From NCBI GenBank assembly GCA_965203295.1, contig CBDBCZ010000006.1, positions 20,087 to 84,086 of the forward strand: 64,000 bases of DNA, in the 5' to 3' direction. Positions 1 to 13,529 of this stretch are shown here, one piece after another. The position numbers and the translations under genes are program-made. The notes beneath the pieces are model-generated. The model ran no database searches. It worked only from the letters and a program-made list of their open reading frames with translations, and was not told where the DNA came from. The DNA is from Nitrospirales bacterium (lineage in GTDB: Bacteria > Nitrospirota > Nitrospiria > Nitrospirales > UBA8639). Within the stretch, counting starts at the first letter, position 1; each line of letters begins with the position of its first letter.

Positions 1-667
1 GAGACCAGGAAACTATTGAAATCCTACACATACGTAAGTAGACATCATTCTTGTTAGGCTTAACCACATAATTGGAAGATTGTTAGACAATGAAAAGACT
101 CTCTTTTAGCAAATACATAGCTACATGTAATACATATTCAGATGACTGCCATACGACATCATGCAGCGTCAAACCCAGGATTCGAGGCTAACACAACATC
201 AGGGTGCGCCTGACTGAGCTCGCCGCATGCTTATCTACACCACAGGCCTATATGGAAGTTACACCTTCTTATAACTCTCTTGAGGGTGGGGAATTGTTAC
301 TCTTGCCTTCCCCATACTATTCTTGAAGGGAGTTAAGCCCATGTTTAGTTCAGGAACCCTACTGAGAAACAGCTTTGAAGCCTTTGTAAGTATCATTTCA
401 GATTAGATGCCTACTTTACACATATACTTAACAATGTAGGTGTGCACGTACTTGTTAAGTTTGCATATTATACATACATACATGCTCATGTATGTACCCT
501 CGCCCTACCTAAAACAAGAATTTAGGTCTGTCTGGGAATGCGACTACTAGAAAAGTAGAAAGAAAATACCAACCAGCTGCAGATATCTAGATTTACTATA
601 CAAATCTGTGATTGCTTGTCATATCAGCACACCAATTGTCAATGGTGTTGAGGATTGTACAAAGCAT

Positions 668-702
668 GCACACACACACACACACACACATACCACACAC
701 AC
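668..702. repeat. (CA)n microsatellite
   Basis: A run of CA dinucleotides with one interruption. Confidence 0.9.
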
Positions 703-2639
703 TGCGTGTGTAGGTACAGTGATAGAGGCACTCTGTGAATCAGATGTAAATCTTCCATGCTTTTTTTCTCATGCAGGCCCAAACCCCTAATCCCTCGGTG
801 GGTCACGAACTACCTCCTGCCCATCTCTTTCCTATGGCAGGTGAACTGTTCCCAGTGTATGTGTACACAGTAACTGTTAGCCTTTGATTCCGACAGCCTA
901 ACCTAGTTAAATATTTGAGAGCCACTGCCTATTTACCTCCTCCTGTGGACAACCAACTTTCAAACGTATTTGCCTTCTCCTATGGACAGTCAACTTGCAA
1001 ATGTATGTAGCCGTAAACGGAAGTGTTTTGTTAGGCTGTCTCAACTAAATTTAGTGAAACTGCTAACTCATGGTGGGCTTCCAAATCTTCTTCACTACCT
1101 AGGAAACTAAGCTGATGTAGCTAATTGGCCTACAAACTTTCAGTAGCTTCTATTGTACTCGCTATGCAATGATGTACTTAATGTACAAGAAAAGTACAGA
1201 TACACAAACAGACAGGCTATTAAGAGTGCATCCTATAGCTATGTAGGTGTGTGCATTCACTTGTGACTTCGGCATTTGACATGGATGCTTGTATGTTCCT
1301 AGTGCAAGAACAATATTAATTAATTGAAGATCTGCTACTTTTACGTATGTGGCACTACCCGCAAAACCATTAATATAACAATCTCTTGACCATTGCCAGA
1401 GAAGTAAATGGTTAGTTCAAATAGGTATCTACATGTAAATGATTTGCTTTAGTGTGGAGCTTGCCACAATCTATTTCCCTCCTTTCCCCACCTTCTATGG
1501 GCTAGTACTGAGTAAAGATTTTGATACCGCGTTGATTTGTATAGCCCATAATAAAGGCCCAATCTGAAAGGTGTTTTTAAAAGGTGCCAGTGAAAATCGC
1601 TGCCAAGAAACAGATCTTTCTAAAATGGGCAGCAAACATTGGCATACTCATTCTGTTTGTTAAGACACTGGCCAATTGAGAGCTGTTTCTTTGGCAATGA
1701 AAGAGACAATTGAAACAGTTTCATTGGCAAACTGTAGTGTAAATCTACTGCCAAAATACTGTACATTGTAGGTCTATCTTTGGCAATAAAAACCTAGTTT
1801 GTTTCTTCGGAATAAAATGACTTTTCATTGGCAGACTCATGGTCAATGGATTCCTTTGGCAAGACGTTGGCCAAAATCTTTCTTGGCAATTGAAGTCCAG
1901 CGTTTGGCAAGAAATTGCTCCGACAGATGGTAAAGCTATATCCTTGTTTCCATCGGCGGACCTCAACCTTGCCGTAAGGACTTCAAAGACCTAGAAGCTA
2001 GCTGTAACCTTTCATATGAATTACAACGGACTTATAGAAAACTGAAGTGGTTGCAGAAAAATTCATTATACATATACTCTGGGTGGGTGGGGAGGGAGAT
2101 GAGCAGAGCAATGTAGTAATGACGGTCTTTCAGTCCGTTCATCTCGTATTGGTCTTCTTTGTTTCATGTGAGTGAGTAGCTTAATTATTTTCTTGGAATG
2201 CTGCTCAGATACGTAAGTGTGTAGCTAATAATCACTATTCTCAAACTTGTTATCATTCACCAAGTTGCCGCATAAGCTAGACTATATGAAAGTGTGGGAG
2301 TCTGCCAACACTGTAAAAGGGCTCAAGTAGAGATCGATTGTTTTTTTCTTATACAACATATGGAGGTACATACATATTTGGCTGGTGGGTTGTTGGCACA
2401 TTAAGAAATTGGACGATGTTATGATTATCCCTATATTTAATGCCTGTGGAATGGAGTCTTATCAAACCACTTCCAGAACAAAATAATTATGAACCTCAGT
2501 GTTGAAACAGTGGAACTGCCCTACGTAGCTTTGTACGAACAAAAGCTTTGTTGCTATGTTATATATGTACGGACCACAGTGTCCTTGAAATAATATTCCT
2601 TTGACTCAACACCAATAGCCTCGAATGAATCTATATGAC

Positions 2640-2960
2640 CACAGGCCTCTGCTGTCAAGTAGGATTTGCAGGGTTGTACTCTCTTGTCTTGATCTCACAT
2701 CCTGCTGAGCTTAGGGTTTGTGTCTTCTTTGCCTTGATTCAAGCAGCCTCCTACTACAGTTACCATGGTTTAGAAGTCTCCAGGTCTGAGCTGAGTAAAG
2801 TGGCACATATTTCCTCAATACCTGATGGAATCCACTTCAGCAGGGTTGTGATACCAGCATAACACAACATCAGTACGTGCTTTCGGACAAACAGAGCGAA
2901 CAGCAAAGGTGACCATATCCCTTTTTGGGGCACTCCAAATAGATCAAACAACACTCACAT
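2640..2960 (-). mobile_element. Degenerate LINE reverse transcriptase fragment
   Basis: Translation GVPQKGIWSPLLFALF...CYAGITTLLK...DLETSKPW resembles the RT motifs GVPQGS.LSP.LF, YADD and DL..I..W. It is heavily decayed. Confidence 0.55.
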
Positions 2961-3639
2961 GATCTCCTGCTCTGCCACCCACACCCTCCCAGCATACCAT
3001 AGATCTCTCCCACAACCACTTAACTGCCGATTAGCTTAAACCATTGCTATAGCAATGGTATGCTGTCTACAGTACTAGTCACTGACAAGCTTCTGACTGA
3101 CATGCAGCAAGCCAGAGCTCTAAAAATCATAGCCATAGTGTGTGGTGTCATGCCTACTGTAAAACGAAGTGGAATACAGACACCTCCACGACGTACTCTC
3201 GTGGTCAACAATTATTGGACATATGGTAGCAAATCTTTTGTTCAATTTTCACTGGCCATCAGCTACAAACTATGTTCATAAACTACTCATGAATAATTCC
3301 ACAGTGATAAGATGTATCAAGAATGTAAGCTACTTCCACTGCTAATGATAAGAATGTAAGCTACGTACTTCCACTGCTTTAAATCATAACAAGATGTACA
3401 GCTGTGGTAATTTTTATTCCTCCAGTCAAACCGGCCAAACAAGTTATCCACCACACTGTCTCAGGATCACTCCTGGCCCAGTCCTACCTCTCAACCATCC
3501 TACTGTTTGCTGGGCTCTACACCCTTGAATACCGATTCAATGTAAGTTGAGCCTGTGGCTGAATCTCGAGTTTGTATATGTACTAGAGAAAGGAAAGCAC
3601 TCTTGTATCGTACGTATGTAGTAGAAGATATATAAGGTA

Positions 3640-3840
3640 ATCACTAAGAATATGTATGACATCACACAGAGTGCTGTTTTACTGGATCCGAGGGAGAAAT
3701 ATCTGATGCACTCAACATAGGTCAGGGGGTGGCACAGGGTTGTAGAATGTTGCCTATCCTCTTTCCCATGTTTATCAATCAGCTGTTAGATGAAGTCGAG
3801 AAGGCTGGGATTGGCATTACCATTAAGAAGGATGTTAAGG
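3640..3840 (+). mobile_element. LINE RT fragment, same family as 20930-22170
   Basis: Reads GVAQGCRMLPILFPMFINQLLDEVEKAGIGITIKKDVK, nearly identical to the RT region at 21850-22050. Confidence 0.75.
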
Positions 3841-4298
3841 AGTATGATCCACAGTATCACAAAATGGTTACTTGGAAGTATTCCATATAATACAACAAAA
3901 GTAATCCATGTCATCAGACATAATACTGAAAACCACCGACAGTCACAAGTATTACTTGTCAGATTCTTGTAGCAACCCTGAAACGAATCCATTATTATAA
4001 TTATGCAGTGTTTGATTTCGAATTCGCTTCATCACATTATTACTTCTCCAAGATCACTACCACACTCACAAGCACTGCTCCTATTATCAAACTGCCTTGT
4101 GAAGAACCAAGTATTAGAACAGTTTGAAGTATCATTACCACTAGTATTCATAGAGTGGTGATATACTTGCTTGTTCTGCCATTGAGTGGTAGTACTTCCT
4201 TCAACTATCACCAACACACTGAGAAGAGCAATCACTAGAGCCATGCATGGTACCACAACACAAAGATCGACAACTGATTTTCCTTTCATTAAGCTCAT
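3841..4298 (-). pseudogene. Internally deleted paralog of the multi-pass membrane protein at 5629-7010
   Basis: A signal-peptide/Cys-rich N-terminus (CSNTWF...CECGSDLGEVI) is joined directly to MDSFQGCYKN..NTCDCR, a motif shared with 6128-6358. It is cut off by the LINE fragment at 3840. Confidence 0.7.
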
Positions 4299-5628
4299 TT
4301 GACGGAAAACAGCCTTGGTTTCCCTAACATATATAGTTGCTTGGTAAAGCTTCTTTAAAGCAATTTAATGAATTGTGTGATGAAGTACACTAAATGTGTT
4401 GTTGTTTACACTACACTAACAATCGTAATTTTAGGATAGGTGTGTGCACGGTTCTGGAAACCCTGCCTGTATTGGATTCAGGTGTGAGTCATGCTTAATT
4501 CGAATGTGTACCATTCACCTTCGTCTCTATTTGCAGTATGGAATTTTGGTGACTCCCCTACTCTTCCATACTGACCATTTGCCATGGTTTAATTCCTTAA
4601 TGCATAGTGGCTTGAAACACACTTCTGTATATAACTGCATCAACTTACGAAAGCAAGGTAAATCATAAGTGCTTACCCAAAATATCCTCATTCATACATA
4701 GACATAGATATCATTATCACCACAACACTGCACCTCCAAGTACACTACCACATTCATAAGAGCTATGATAACTACGGTGTTTAAATAAAAAAAATAGCTA
4801 GTTAGTAATCCAGCAAACTTCTAACTATATACTGCTAATTTCCAATTTTAGCGAAAGTGTAGTCAAGACTGGTGATTCTTAACTGAATTATTAATTGCTG
4901 TTTCAATAACAACTACACAGGATGAGTGAAAAATGCAGAGAAAACAACAATAGCTGCTACATGCAGCAGCAATCATCTCATTTTATTGCCTTATTATTTC
5001 CCTGATCCAAATATGGCGTGCTTCATTACTGTTTCATAGTTTGGGTATTGCTGTGAAAACTCCAATTGCTGCCAACTAGCTAGACTAACTTGTACAACTG
5101 GGGGAGGGGGCGCTCCAGCCTAGCATCAAGGCCAAGAAAAGTAATGTTGATTCAAAGATCCTCATTACTGCCCACTCTTGTATTTTAAAGCTCATGGTCC
5201 ACTGTTTGTGTATGTGAGTACTACATACATGAAAACTACAGCAATATAATAGGATAACAGGCAAATTGTATAAATACAACACAGATTTTTTTACAACGGC
5301 AAAGATTTGCGTGAGGATACTCGGCTATGCGGCGAAATAATATCTCAATTTGACTTATTTTAAGTCTGGAAAATATAAAAGAGACCAAAACAATGACCCC
5401 CTCAAATGGGGATTTTACGCAGTACATTACACACTTGAATTTGGGAATATCAATTGGTATATAATTGTACAATTCAAACACAACTTGACAACCCTTTAAT
5501 ACAGCAAAAACAATTTTATCATAAATGTCTGGCTCAATGCTCATTTTAAGTAAATACGTCATTAATTAATGGTAAATGTACGTACAATTCAACAATTAAC
5601 CTAGTACCACACAAATACAATATCAGCA

Positions 5629-7010
5629 TCAAAATTTGATAGTATCTGACTCAATGCTATGCATACCACCATCAGACTCCTCACTTTCATTGAACGGTTC
5701 AGAGAGGAGGGCTGTATACTGCTCTGCATTGACGATCCTGTCTGCCAGTGATTCCTCTGAGCCTGAGTGAGCCACTGCACTACAACCTCCACACGGCATT
5801 AAAGCACAGCTCCTTTGACAGATTTTTTTAGTGCATCTTCGATGACTGAAGCATTTATACAACATTAGGGTGATAAAAAACAAGAGTGGAATTACAGAAA
5901 ATATTGCGGTTATGTAATCTGTTAGTTTCCTAATGTTGTGTTGTACAAGAAAAGAATCTGTACTGTATGCTATAACATCAGCAGTGCTTGAAACACCAAA
6001 TAGGCATACTATAAAAAGCAGACATATCATGATAATATTATGAGCAGGGAACTTATAAGGATGGAGTACAGCAAGTAGAAATAGTAAAACAAGCAATAAG
6101 AAAATGGCGCATGGTATCATGAACCTATTACTTGGAAACATGCCATATACTACACTCAAAGCAATTCGTATTAAATGCTGAAATCAACCGACAGTCACAA
6201 GTATTATTTGTCCGGTTCTTGTAGCAACCCTGAAATGAATCCATAAATATATGAAGTATTTCCCCTCGAATTCTGCAATAATTTGGACACCTCTGAAAGC
6301 ACCGACACGGATACAGGCACAACATCACCAAAGGAAGGATATTAAACACAAGAAGCACTGCAAGTGCCAGTATGCCAAATGGGAGGTGTTCTGGGCCAAA
6401 GTATGGACCACTGATCCATCAAAGAGGAGGTAATACTTTTCGTTTCTCTCTTCATGAATATTGAAGATACTCACAGGAACCAAAACATCAAATGACACAC
6501 TAAGAAACTTGAAATATGAAAGCAAAAGAAAAGTACAGAAGGCATCTATCAAAGAGCTTTTAATATTCCACTCTCTTCTAAAACTAACAAAACAACGATG
6601 AAAAGGTTTCCAGAGCCATACAATTAATCTAAAATTGTGATGGTGAAGCTCAACCAAAATATAAGAAGTAACCATTAGAACAAGAGGGTAGACAGCTATG
6701 GCATAGTCTAGAATTAAGACATGGAGTGTGGTCGTCTTAGGGTGCATACAAAATGGTGGATACAGCAGGCGGAAGAAGTCTAAATTCCAAATGCCATATA
6801 TTGATACTAAACTGAACACAGCTAAGGTAGCAGCCTGTTGTTTCCAACGGTGAAAATAAAGTGGGTGCATTGCAGCAGGAAAAGTTATCAACTGGCTGAA
6901 TAAAATAAAAACATCCAATAGTCCTGCAGTTACACTTACTCGAAAAATGATCACCACAAGAAAGAATACTGTAAGCGGTCAAAATGCAGCTGCCACATGT
7001 CGTACATTTT
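5629..7010 (-). pseudogene. Multi-pass (GPCR-like) membrane protein pseudogene with YGIWNLDFFR and MDSFQGCYK motifs
   Basis: Three overlapping hydrophobic ORFs (6325-6957, 6128-6358, 5629-6159) join through frameshifts near 6405 (DGSVV/YFGPEHLPFGILAL) and 6172. There is an in-frame TGA near 6981 and the 5' part is missing. Confidence 0.75.
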
Positions 7011-7370
7011 TGAGTCTTTCATCTGCTATCAAGGGACTCAACATAGTAACTGGAGAAGGTTTCGGGAACCACCTCCATTTAGAATTTGTGTACATGCATG
7101 ACGTAAGGGTATATAGCCATGACTTACCCCAATTAAAGGGGTGGGATCAGATTACTATGACAAGTGACATCATTTTCATCATATCACTGATGAGTTTCAA
7201 TGAAGAAAACAAACCAGATTTTGTGATCACATAATAGCACAAGTGTAAGTATAATTATCTGCACAGAACAGTAGCAGTACTGCATGCATGATTTTCAGCA
7301 TATATATGCAATGTTGCTACAAGTAATATGGAAGGCTAGCTAGCATTGATATCAGTAACCACAACAATAC

Positions 7371-7798
7371 CATTGTGAACTCTTCAAGAGAAGAAAGCTT
7401 TCTGAGAGAGTAAAGAAATCCCGAAAAAATCGGGACCCAGCTGGGGATTGAACCCAGGACCTTCTGAATACTAGTCAGATGCTCTTACCAATTGAGCTAC
7501 TGGAGCCCCCTTGGCAGAGGAGCAGTAGGCAAGCTTTATGTAGCCACTAAACCCGCTAGTAGCACTTGCCAGTAGGACCCAGCCAATTCCAAATGTAATT
7601 ACTCTCTCATTATGGGCCTCTCCCCCATCTAAACACGAGAAACATGCTACACCCAAACTTAGCCTGAATCAGTCTGCCGGGGTAATTAAACCACCAAAGA
7701 CACAGAACTGAAAACTAAGTACTCACATTGTGAACTCTTCAAGAGAAGAAAGCTTTCTGAGAGAGTAAAGAAATCCCGAAAAAATCGGGACCCAGCTG
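7371..7798. repeat. 355-bp repeat unit bounded by an exact 73-bp direct repeat
   Basis: 7371-7443 is identical to 7726-7798. Confidence 0.85.
7433..7506 (-). tRNA. tRNA-Thr(AGT)-like sequence (tRNA gene or tRNA-derived repeat)
   Basis: Cloverleaf GCTCCAG-TA-GCTC AATTGGTAA GAGC-A-TCTGA CTAGTAT TCAGA-AGGTC-CTGGG TTCAATC CCCAG-CTGGGTC. It has A and B boxes, one acceptor-stem mismatch and a T6 Pol III terminator just downstream. Confidence 0.7.
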
Positions 7799-7869
7799 TA
7801 TATCTCTTCCACACAGTACTACAGGCCAGACTGTATACAAGTCCTGCAGACATAACACCAAGGGTGCTA

Positions 7870-8240
7870 CAGCTTTGGTAAGGATCCTAGATTATAACGT
7901 AGCCTTGCTTTTAGAGAGAGTAGATGAAGCATTGAGATACAGAGAATATAAAGACTTTAATGATGGCTTACATAGTAAAGTTAAACTCAGGAACGCGATT
8001 GATGTTAAGTTTTGGTCTGGTACTAATGGTCTGAATGAAGATATCAGGAGTAAAAATGATGATAGGCAGTGTAAGTTATGTGGGGAAGAATGGTACATGT
8101 GCTCTGGGAGTGTCCTGTGTATGATACTATTAGAAATACTTTCATGGAAGACTTAGACAATCTGTTGGTGGAAGATTTTAAAGAGTTTAGTGTACTCAAT
8201 AATTAGGAGAGGGCGGGCTTTGTTTTATATACGTAGGTGT
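7870..8240 (+). mobile_element. LINE 3' remnant (post-RT Cys/His motif)
   Basis: KFWSGTNGLNE...RQCKLCGEE followed, after a frameshift, by VHVLWEC. Confidence 0.55.
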
Positions 8241-10387
8241 GAGGATTTGGAAAGCTTCTAGCAATCTTCCTGTATTCTCCACAGTAGGTACAACTGTGAC
8301 ACAACACTTTACTTCAATGGATGTACACTGCGTATGCATGTGATATTCATTGATAAGCTCTACTTATAGCTAATTATCCCTGGTTTCATGGTCCTGCAAT
8401 TCAATGAGTTCCTTACAAATACACTGTGGTTTCATGACCTCTAGAATTTCTAACCTGTAAGGGTTTATATACCCCACTGGACTTCAACAGTTTTACTCTA
8501 CTGTGCAGAATGGATGCAGCATCTGGGTGTGGAGTTTGGATGTGACATGCATCAACTATAAGCATATGGCATCCATGCTCCAATTATTGAAGTAGTGTGA
8601 CACGTGCCATGGTGGATCCTACTGTGCAGAATATAGTGAATTCATGAAGGCTTCCAGAAGCTGTACATCTAGATAGGCTGACAAACATGGTTTCATGATG
8701 AAAATCTAGCTGTACATGTGTATCTCAAAGCTAAAATCGTACTTTAAGCATCTGTATATTGCTCTGGCTGTTGTTGCTCACTTATAAGTCTTAGTTACTA
8801 AGCCTTGGTGGTTCAAGAAATCCCATGGGCCATCAGATAGATAAAGAACATAGGATACTTTTATTAAGAAACCACCCAGTTTGATGATCTAACCTCAAAG
8901 TTCAAATAATTGGAATAATGTCACTGATGACATGCTCCTTCCTATTGTCATGCAGGCAATTCATGATGTTACCAGAAAGCTATATACGTACCCAGCAAGC
9001 TAATAAACAGGGCATTGATGGGAAGAATGCATGCAGTGTATCTAGGTGTATTACAACTACTGGCAACCTTCCTGTATTCTTCACAGCATCAACCAGCATG
9101 GCACATGTCTCACACTCCAGCTTGGATGTCACATTCATAGACTATGCAAGCTCCAATTATTGGAGTAGGATTACACCTGGTTCTATGGCCCCATATCACC
9201 TGTAGTTAAATGAGTCCCTTAGAACTAACTAATGTTTCACGACCTGTAGAATATGTACAACTGTAAGGTTTATATCCCCCTAGACTGCAACAGTGGTACT
9301 GTGTATGCTGGCATTTACTTTGTTACCTGTCACTTGGTTCAGTCTGTCTCTTTCTCGCGATTTATACTGTTAAGTGATTGCTAAACCCAACAGTTACATT
9401 GAAATCCCCTAAAAATGAATATATGTGAACTAGGGACGGTTCTATTCATCACATTTCTTATTTACCGACGATAGAGTCCACATTTTTAATACAGTCACAA
9501 CTAGAATACGATGGGGGCTGAGCAAATGCGGACTCTGGATACGTGTTCATATTGGCTTATTATATATACGTAGAGACACATCCGTGTCAATGTAGCAAGC
9601 TACCATACAAGTTTAACAGGTCCGCCAAGTGTGTATGCAGGTTATACACCTTATTACTAATTCAAACCAGTAGCTGGGACAGCTGGGTTCTAGGCTAGAT
9701 GCAGACAGTTACCAGTAATACCATGAGTGTTTTCCTGCAGCCTAGCAACACTGTAGGTAAATTCTAAATAAGCTCCTTCAGCCAAGAGGCTGGTCTGCCA
9801 GGAGGTCATAATACATCTAATACAGAAACAGAACCTAACTAAGAAGTACGATAAGCATGTAACAAGTGAAAACATTATCTTTTCGAACCAAAGCGGGACA
9901 GTAACAATTCAGTTCTTTGAAGTGTACACTGGACGTAATTGCTCCAGTAGCCATCCTTCAGCACCTAGCTACCTGTAACTAATTTGCTTGCTTCAAGTCA
10001 GTTGTAGCACTCTATGTCATAAATTTACTGTACCCACAAACAATTGTCCTTACTCACCTTTAGCACAATATACCATGCAGAGACAGGCTGGGACCATCTG
10101 GCTAATGGCCTTTCTATTGATAAATGCCCACAAAATGCATGCAGTTGGCAGCAATCAAACTTTTCTTTGTAGCCATAAATGAAAGTCATGCTAGTAAATA
10201 CCATCTTCCTAACTGGCTACTCCCAGTTTAGTGAGTTGGCTGGATGATTCTACATGTACTGAAAATGCATTGGCATACTTATTTCAACAGCACAGCTATT
10301 GACTGTGGTCTCACTGCTTTCACACATTAGAATATTTCTCACATCCAGAAGCATGAGCCCCACGAAGCCTAGCTTGCAAGACATTCT

Positions 10388-11843
10388 GACCTTATTTTTC
10401 TGAAGATGTAGACTTCTCCACTTCTACCTTGCTCCAAGGGATGTCATGGAGCACCCAACTCATGCAACTGCCAGTCAGGTCAAGACTGCACATGATAAAA
10501 GACATGATTATTAATTAACACTCTTAAAACTCTCAGTTCAATAATATATTCATATAGGGAGGTTTGCAAGTTGGTTGTCCACAAGAGAAGGCAAATGGGT
10601 AGTGACTCTCAGGTTCCTAACTAGGTTAGGCTGTCATAATCAAAAGCTAACAGTTTACACATGTTCTGCTATTTGCCTATTGCCCTGGACAAACACCCCC
10701 CCTCCCCCCCCCCCCCCACCCAAAAAAGTATTGGATTCACTCAAGAATGACTACATAATACATTACAAGACTAAATGGAGTCAACATCTGCTCTTTTGTT
10801 GCAATCGTTCTCATAAAATCAAATTGAATACATGTACAGGTATAACTAGACATTAAATTTGACTGACAGGCTCCTGTGACCCTCTCCAGCTCTACCACAT
10901 CCGATTGGTTTGATCCTTAAACGCGATGGGTTCCAGGATCTAAGGCTGTCAAAGTTACTGGACTAGGACCTGTATTCGCAGCAGAAAATGAATTCGTGTG
11001 TTACACAGTCTAGTAAACTGATGTTGCTCTTGTAACTAGATTTACAGACCAATTAGGACTGCACATGCACTCCCAGGTTTTTAGTGTCAAAACCTTTTTA
11101 TGTGTAGAAGCTACATACTATGTGCAGTGCTGTATTTGAACTCACATGTTGAGTATAGCTGACGATCCAGACCTTATGTTTCTGAAGATGTAGACTTCTC
11201 CACTTCTACCTTGCTCCAAGGGATGTCATGGAACTCATGCGACTGTCAGTCAGGTCAAAGACTACACATGATAAAAGACATAATTAAGTAATTAACACTC
11301 TTTTCATATACAGAGGTTTGCAAGTTGGTTGTCCACAGGAGAAGGTAAATAGGTAGTGCCTCTCAAAATTGTATGCCTCGAAAATGAGGCTACAAAAAAG
11401 TATTGGATTAACTCAAGAATGAATACATAATACATTACAAGACTAAATGGAGTCAACATCTGCTCTTTTGTTGCAATCGTTCTCATAAAATCAAATTGAC
11501 TACATGTACAGGTATAACTAGACATTAAATTTGACTGACAGGCTCCTGTGACCCTCTCCAGCTCTACCACATCCGATTGGTTTGATTCTTAAATGCGATG
11601 GGTTTCAGGATCTAAGGCTGTCAAAGTTACTGGACTAGAACCTGTATTCGCAGCAGAAAATGAATTCATGGTTAACACAGTCTAGTAAACTGATGTTGCT
11701 CTTGTAACTAGATGTACAGACCAATTAGGACTGCTCATGCACTGCCAGGTTTTTAGTGTCAAAACCTTTTTATGTGTAGAAGCTACATACTACATGCAGT
11801 GCTGCATTTGAACTCACATGTTGAGTATAGCTGACGATCCAGA
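10388..11843. repeat. Tandem duplication of the 3' end of the carbonic anhydrase gene
   Basis: 10388-11172 and 11170-11843 are near-identical. The left copy has ~110 extra bp that include a poly-C run. Confidence 0.9.
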
Positions 11844-13178
11844 CTGCAGCTAAAACTAGTTGGAGTACCAGTGTTACTAAACTCTACAGTGGCAGAGTTC
11901 CCAAACACTGTCACACGACGGTTGATTGGATATACCGTGCAGAATTGATTGTCACCACTTATCCACACTCGAGAACGTATCACAGCTTTATCACCACTGA
12001 CGATATCAATGGCAATTACTCGAAGGAGAAAACTGCCAACTTCAAGGCCAGTAAAAGTGATATTGCCATTGGCACCTGCAGAGGAAGAAATAAGCTGTAT
12101 GGCATCCATATATATAATTGTGTAACAGCATGTGGGATTTGGGACCACCATGCATTTCTAGTTATCACATTCGACCTCATGTATTCCCACAATGAGCTTA
12201 ATATGTTTAAATACAGCATGCATGCTTACAATCCTGCGTGATAGTGCCACTAGGGCCTTCCAGACGACATGTGAGAAAGATATCAGTTCCAGGCGTATTG
12301 GTAGCAAACTTAGCATGGAGAATACCACTGCCGTTGACTTGTGGGGTGTCGTTTATAAAGACAAGATCAAGCGCTAATGAGGAGGGAAGAACGGATACAA
12401 TACGGCCATTGAGAGGCTGGGCATCTCTGTTGTTAAGTGTAATAGGCCCATCATAGTTCCGAACTGTTCGCAGTTGTTCCAAGAAAGGTCTTGGCACTTT
12501 GATCCTGTTCTGCAACACAAACCACTGTACAAATTCATAGCAAGGTGGGCTCGTTTGAGAACCTGGATAGTAGTAGTTGTGCCTATTCTCCGGCAAAACT
12601 GAGGGATAACTCAATCCAGTTACTGCAGTACTGTTTCCAGCCCCGATAATTGCAGAGATGTTGAGTTTCTCCCAGACTCCTGAAATTTCAGCAGTGTCAT
12701 CCACTTCTGCGAGCACACTTATGACAGAAATAAGGTCACCGAGACTTGTGTTACTAAGGTTTACTAAGCCTTCTCCTTGTAATAAGGTCACAAAGTGGAA
12801 CTCCAGTCCGAATTCTTCTCCGTTTATGCGATGCCCCGTACCGTGGTCATTTTCGCGTCCCCAGTGCAGGTGAAAATTGAGGAGGTCAAGGTGATTGCGA
12901 ACGGTAGCCGTTCCACCAGTAGAGGCAACAAACCGGGGGGTTAGACCATTGTTCGAAAACGTCCCGTCAAGCGTAGCAGTCCAGACATCGTTAAATTCGA
13001 GCTCCTTGAGGCTAGAATTCCTCTGTACATCTCGCGTTATTATGTCGATTGGAGTCTGACGCATTGTTGTAGGTAAATTCCATAGATCCTGCCTGTCATA
13101 CGAGAAACCTGTCTGAGAGTTTGATCTCTCGATAGATACGAGGAGAGCTGCAAACACTGTCACCCCAATAGGATTCAT
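11518..13178 (-). CDS. Secreted alpha-carbonic anhydrase-like protein with a C-terminal beta-rich extension. Exons 13178-12230, 12075-11818 and 11641-11589 (probable ancestral stop 11518). Possibly decaying.
   Basis: Signal peptide plus motifs RQTPIDI, NFHLHWG (His94/96), LEFHFV (Glu117/His119), YYYPGSQTSPPCYEFVQW and NNRDAQPLNGR. Two GT-AG phase-1 introns keep the frame. Confidence 0.85.
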
Positions 13179-13529
13179 TTTTGGTCACGGTGCAACATGC
13201 ACCAATCACTGAGCGAAGTGAGTTGTGAGTAGCTAGCTCACTCTATTAGCTTCTTCAAAACCACACAATCGTGCGAAGAAAAAGGTCAACAGAACCGGGC
13301 ACACCCACAATACCCACCCACTACACAAAATAGCCCAGCCACCTGCAGCCACGTACAATAATGCGCCTGGAAGACTAGAGGCCGAAGCACGCGCAGGCTC
13401 GCTGTAATAGTGAGCGCTTCCAACTCTCCCGTACAGAGTTCTATAGCGAAGGTAAGTGCTCGCTGCGAGTTTTGTAGGCTATTAGTATAAGCTTATGTCT
13501 GGAAAAGTGGCTGGGTAATAAAGGGATGG

